A DNA stretch of 64,000 bases, taken from NCBI RefSeq assembly GCF_018350175.1, contig NC_058383.1, positions 27,406,001 to 27,470,000 of the forward strand, given 5' to 3'. The notes beneath the pieces are model-generated. The model saw only the letters and a list, made by a program, of their open reading frames with translations. It was not told the origin of the DNA and searched no databases. The stretch's first letter is position 1. The number at the start of each line of letters is the position of its first letter. The DNA is from Felis catus. Taxonomy: Eukaryota. Positions 60,956-64,000 of the stretch are shown here, one piece after another. The translations under genes were made by a program, and so were the position numbers.

Positions 60956-63900
60956 TCATGATTGTCTGGGGAGAGGGGGGATGTAGGCCTTTTATCCAGG
61001 TACAAATCATCTGGACCCATGAACTCAAAAGTCACCTGTTAAAATACATAAAGAGAAGCTTGCCACTCCTCTACATGGACCCTGCAATGGTTCCTTCTTG
61101 CTCTTTGGATAAGAATCAAATTCGTAAGCCGTCCCTCCTGGCCCGGCCTCGCCCCTGCCTGTTCCCAGGCGCACCTTGGGTTACTCTCTCCGTATGACTT
61201 ACAATGTGCCAGTCACAGTAGTGATGTTGTTGTTTTGTTCTGTGTCATTTACTTTTTCCAGTTGGCCGACCCTTTCTCAACTCAGGGAGCTTGCACGGGC
61301 TTGTCCTCTGCCTGAACCGCTCTTTTCTTCTCCCTCTGCCTGGCTGATGACAAAGTGTCATTATTTGATCTCATACTACCCTGATTCCTTCCTTCCTAGC
61401 TCCATACTTCCTTAGTTTTCTATACATTTATGTCTTTTCCACCCCTGTCTCCACCAACAGAATCTGGGCTCCACGGGAGCAGATGTCGTGTTGGACTTCA
61501 GTGCCTCTCTAGCCAACGCACAATATAGGCCTCTTCCCCCAAAGCGAAGATCTGAGCACATCACCCCATCCTCAAAACTACCGAAGATAATGGATGCTCG
61601 CCAGCGTTATGAGCGTGCCTTCTCACTGCCTGTGGTTAAATCTCACGTCCTTATCCTGGCATTCAAGATCGTCTTTCATGCATCCTTTTTCTCATTCATT
61701 CAAAATATATGTACGGGGCACTGCTACATTCCAGGCACTGTTCTAGGAAAAAGCACCTTTCCTCCTGTGTCTTCTCCCCACTGGACACCAAGTCACCGGC
61801 TGTCCAAAACCTTCTCCGCTCTCACCACCTGAGCTCTCAAAACCACAGTGGGATACCATTCTTCCCATGATCTTGCTCAAACTCTTGCTTTTGCCTCCAA
61901 CACCTTCCCATTCTTTGTCCACTCGGTAACTCCTTAACCAGCGTGTAAATCCTACCCTCCGTCTTGTATTCAAAAACGTGTGTTAGGCCCCTTCTGGGTG
62001 TCTCCCTGTCTCCTGCGTCCCTGGATGGAGACACCACGGGGACATCGATCGTGTGTGACTGTTCATTACCTCTATTTGATGCCCTACATAGCCGGCCCGC
62101 ATGATCGGCTCAATTATGGGATGGAAAAGGGAGCCTGAACAGAAATTTACAGCCTTTTTTTTTTTTTTTTTTTTTACCTCCAAAGGCTTACAACCTCTGA
62201 GCCAAGAGTCTCCAAATACTTTTGATCAAGGACGCCCCCTTCAAAAAAAAAAGTGAACGAACACCCGGTTAGGTGACTAATTACCTATAAATTCTATGTT
62301 GAACTGTATACCTTCCAAATGACAATGCACATGCAAAAAAGAGCCACTGAAAAGCACCAGATAACAATGCAAAATGAGCAGAAGTTCTAATGTTTTCATC
62401 CAGCATCCCACCGGATCGTGTAACCTTTCCCTGTTTTAGACTGTTTTGACCTAACCTCAGAGGATCAGAGGGTAACTGTTTCTAGTTCACGCAGAATGGG
62501 TATGAGCATCTTCTGGGGAAAGGCAAGGAATCGCAGCTAGAATGACAGAGAGGTATTTTTCTCGAGGCTTCTACGTCTGTCGCTCCCCATGATCCTGGCA
62601 TGTCTTTTCTCTGACTCCCTCGAATCTTGTTCCAGCCAGAGCAGGGGCCCGGCAAGCTAAAGGTTTACTTATTTTTTTTTCCCCTCCTCCTCCTGGCCTC
62701 ACCCATTACCTGGGATTAAACGAGACTGAGGGGCTGGTCTGAATTCAAGAGCGGGATTTGAAGGTGCCTGGCCCTTATCTTGCTGGGGTTTCTTGTTGTA
62801 CTTGGAAGAGCAACTTTTACTTCTCAAGGTGGGTGGGGGATTTCTGCGAATGTCTCATGCTTTGGAAAAAGCAAGGCTGCCAGGAGACGTGTCCAGATAC
62901 TGTTTCCTTTGGTGTCACAACAGTTTTCAAAGAGCCACGCCGTCTCCTCCCCCATCCCACTCAACCAGCCAAATGAGATCCAGCTGTGTCCCAGGCCTCC
63001 CCTGTACCCTCCCCCAAGCCCCCCCCCCCCCCCCCCCCCCGCCATCCACCAGCTCTGCAGTGAGCCGCCCCTGTGGAAACTTCCCAGCCTGTGTCTCTGA
63101 GCTGACACCCGGAACCTGGCTGTGCTCATTATCCAGACCCGGGGTCTCAGCAAACTCTCTGCCAGGTGCCTCCCTTGGAGCAGCCAGGGGCTTGGGAATA
63201 AGGCCACCAGATGCCCCTCTAAGTTAACCCGCTTTCTTCCTGGGCTTGGCCCTGCGTGCCAGTTTGGGTGACCAGACAGGTTGCCTAGGCCTGTCCTAGT
63301 TTTAGCACCGAACATCTCATGTCCCCCAAACCCCCTCACTCCAAGAGCGACCAACTCAGAAATTCGCAGGACAGGATGCAAAATGAAAAGTGCAGGAATT
63401 GCTGGAAACCTTAGTAAGAATTTCAAGACTGCGATACCAGAGCATTAAGCCACATGCGGTGTCCTGATCATGGGGCCCTTGTGTGACTGTACCTGCTGCT
63501 CATGGAGCCAGCCCTGCTCCCAGGCAAACCACGACTGCTACCCTACTCCAAATACATAGATCTAGTAAAAAAAAAAAAAAAAAGTGTGGTTACCTCCACA
63601 AGGTTGTTAGTTTCTCAAAGCAACACATATCGCCGAGGCAACAGAGCTTGCCTGCCATCCTTCCATCCATGCCCTGGCCTAGGCCGGACCTTCCTGAAAC
63701 ACACAACCACTCCACTCCCCCGCTCAGAGCCCTTCAACGCCCTCCTGGCTGTCCAGAGTATTCGCAGATGGGAGTGACAATAAGGACACAAAAACTGCAA
63801 GGTGCGAGTAGTGACTTATCTTTGCTATACTGTTGCTTAACTATGTCCCAACATAAAACTCAGCATCAACGCCCCGTGTGCTCGTAGCTCTTATCCAATG

Positions 63901-64000
63901 GCGAAACCAAATTTATAAATTAAAACAAAAAAAGTCAGACTACAGAACCAGGAAACTTCAGATTAACAACATCAATTCGGTGGGTTGCTTTGCCAAAACT

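Noticed and set aside
62793..63426. 200-aa minus-strand and 144-aa plus-strand ORFs
   Set aside because: Non-ATG starts, poly-Gly/Pro from a C homopolymer, no recognisable domain; expected by chance in GC-rich DNA

Overview
Non-coding, repeat-rich mammalian DNA from a felid (cat-family) genome, judged from the many tRNA-derived CAN-SINEs, which include the young CpG-intact SINEC_Fc type, and from carnivore L1 3' ends. I see no protein-coding exon, RNA gene, CRISPR array or prokaryotic-type system. The listed ORFs are L1/SINE fragments, microsatellite translations or chance ORFs. The window holds one 4.3-kb 5'-truncated L1, two very short L1 tail insertions, about 16 CAN-SINEs, MaLR/ERVL solo LTRs, hAT MITEs (MER58/MER20/MER5), a 1.2-kb internally deleted Tigger/pogo transposon, many old MIR/L2/L3 remnants and microsatellites. 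Several repeat-free islands lie between them and may be regulatory. The most interesting signals are structural events readable from the sequence: a ~390-bp tandem duplication made by SINE-SINE unequal crossover with a chimeric SINE at the junction, a 5 x 106-bp tandem array born from an LTR end, two inverted SINE heads fused at a 4-bp microhomology, repeated SINE insertion at one target site, and a four-level nested LTR/SINE stack. Repeat family names come from recalled consensus sequences, not a database search, and boundaries of old elements are approximate.
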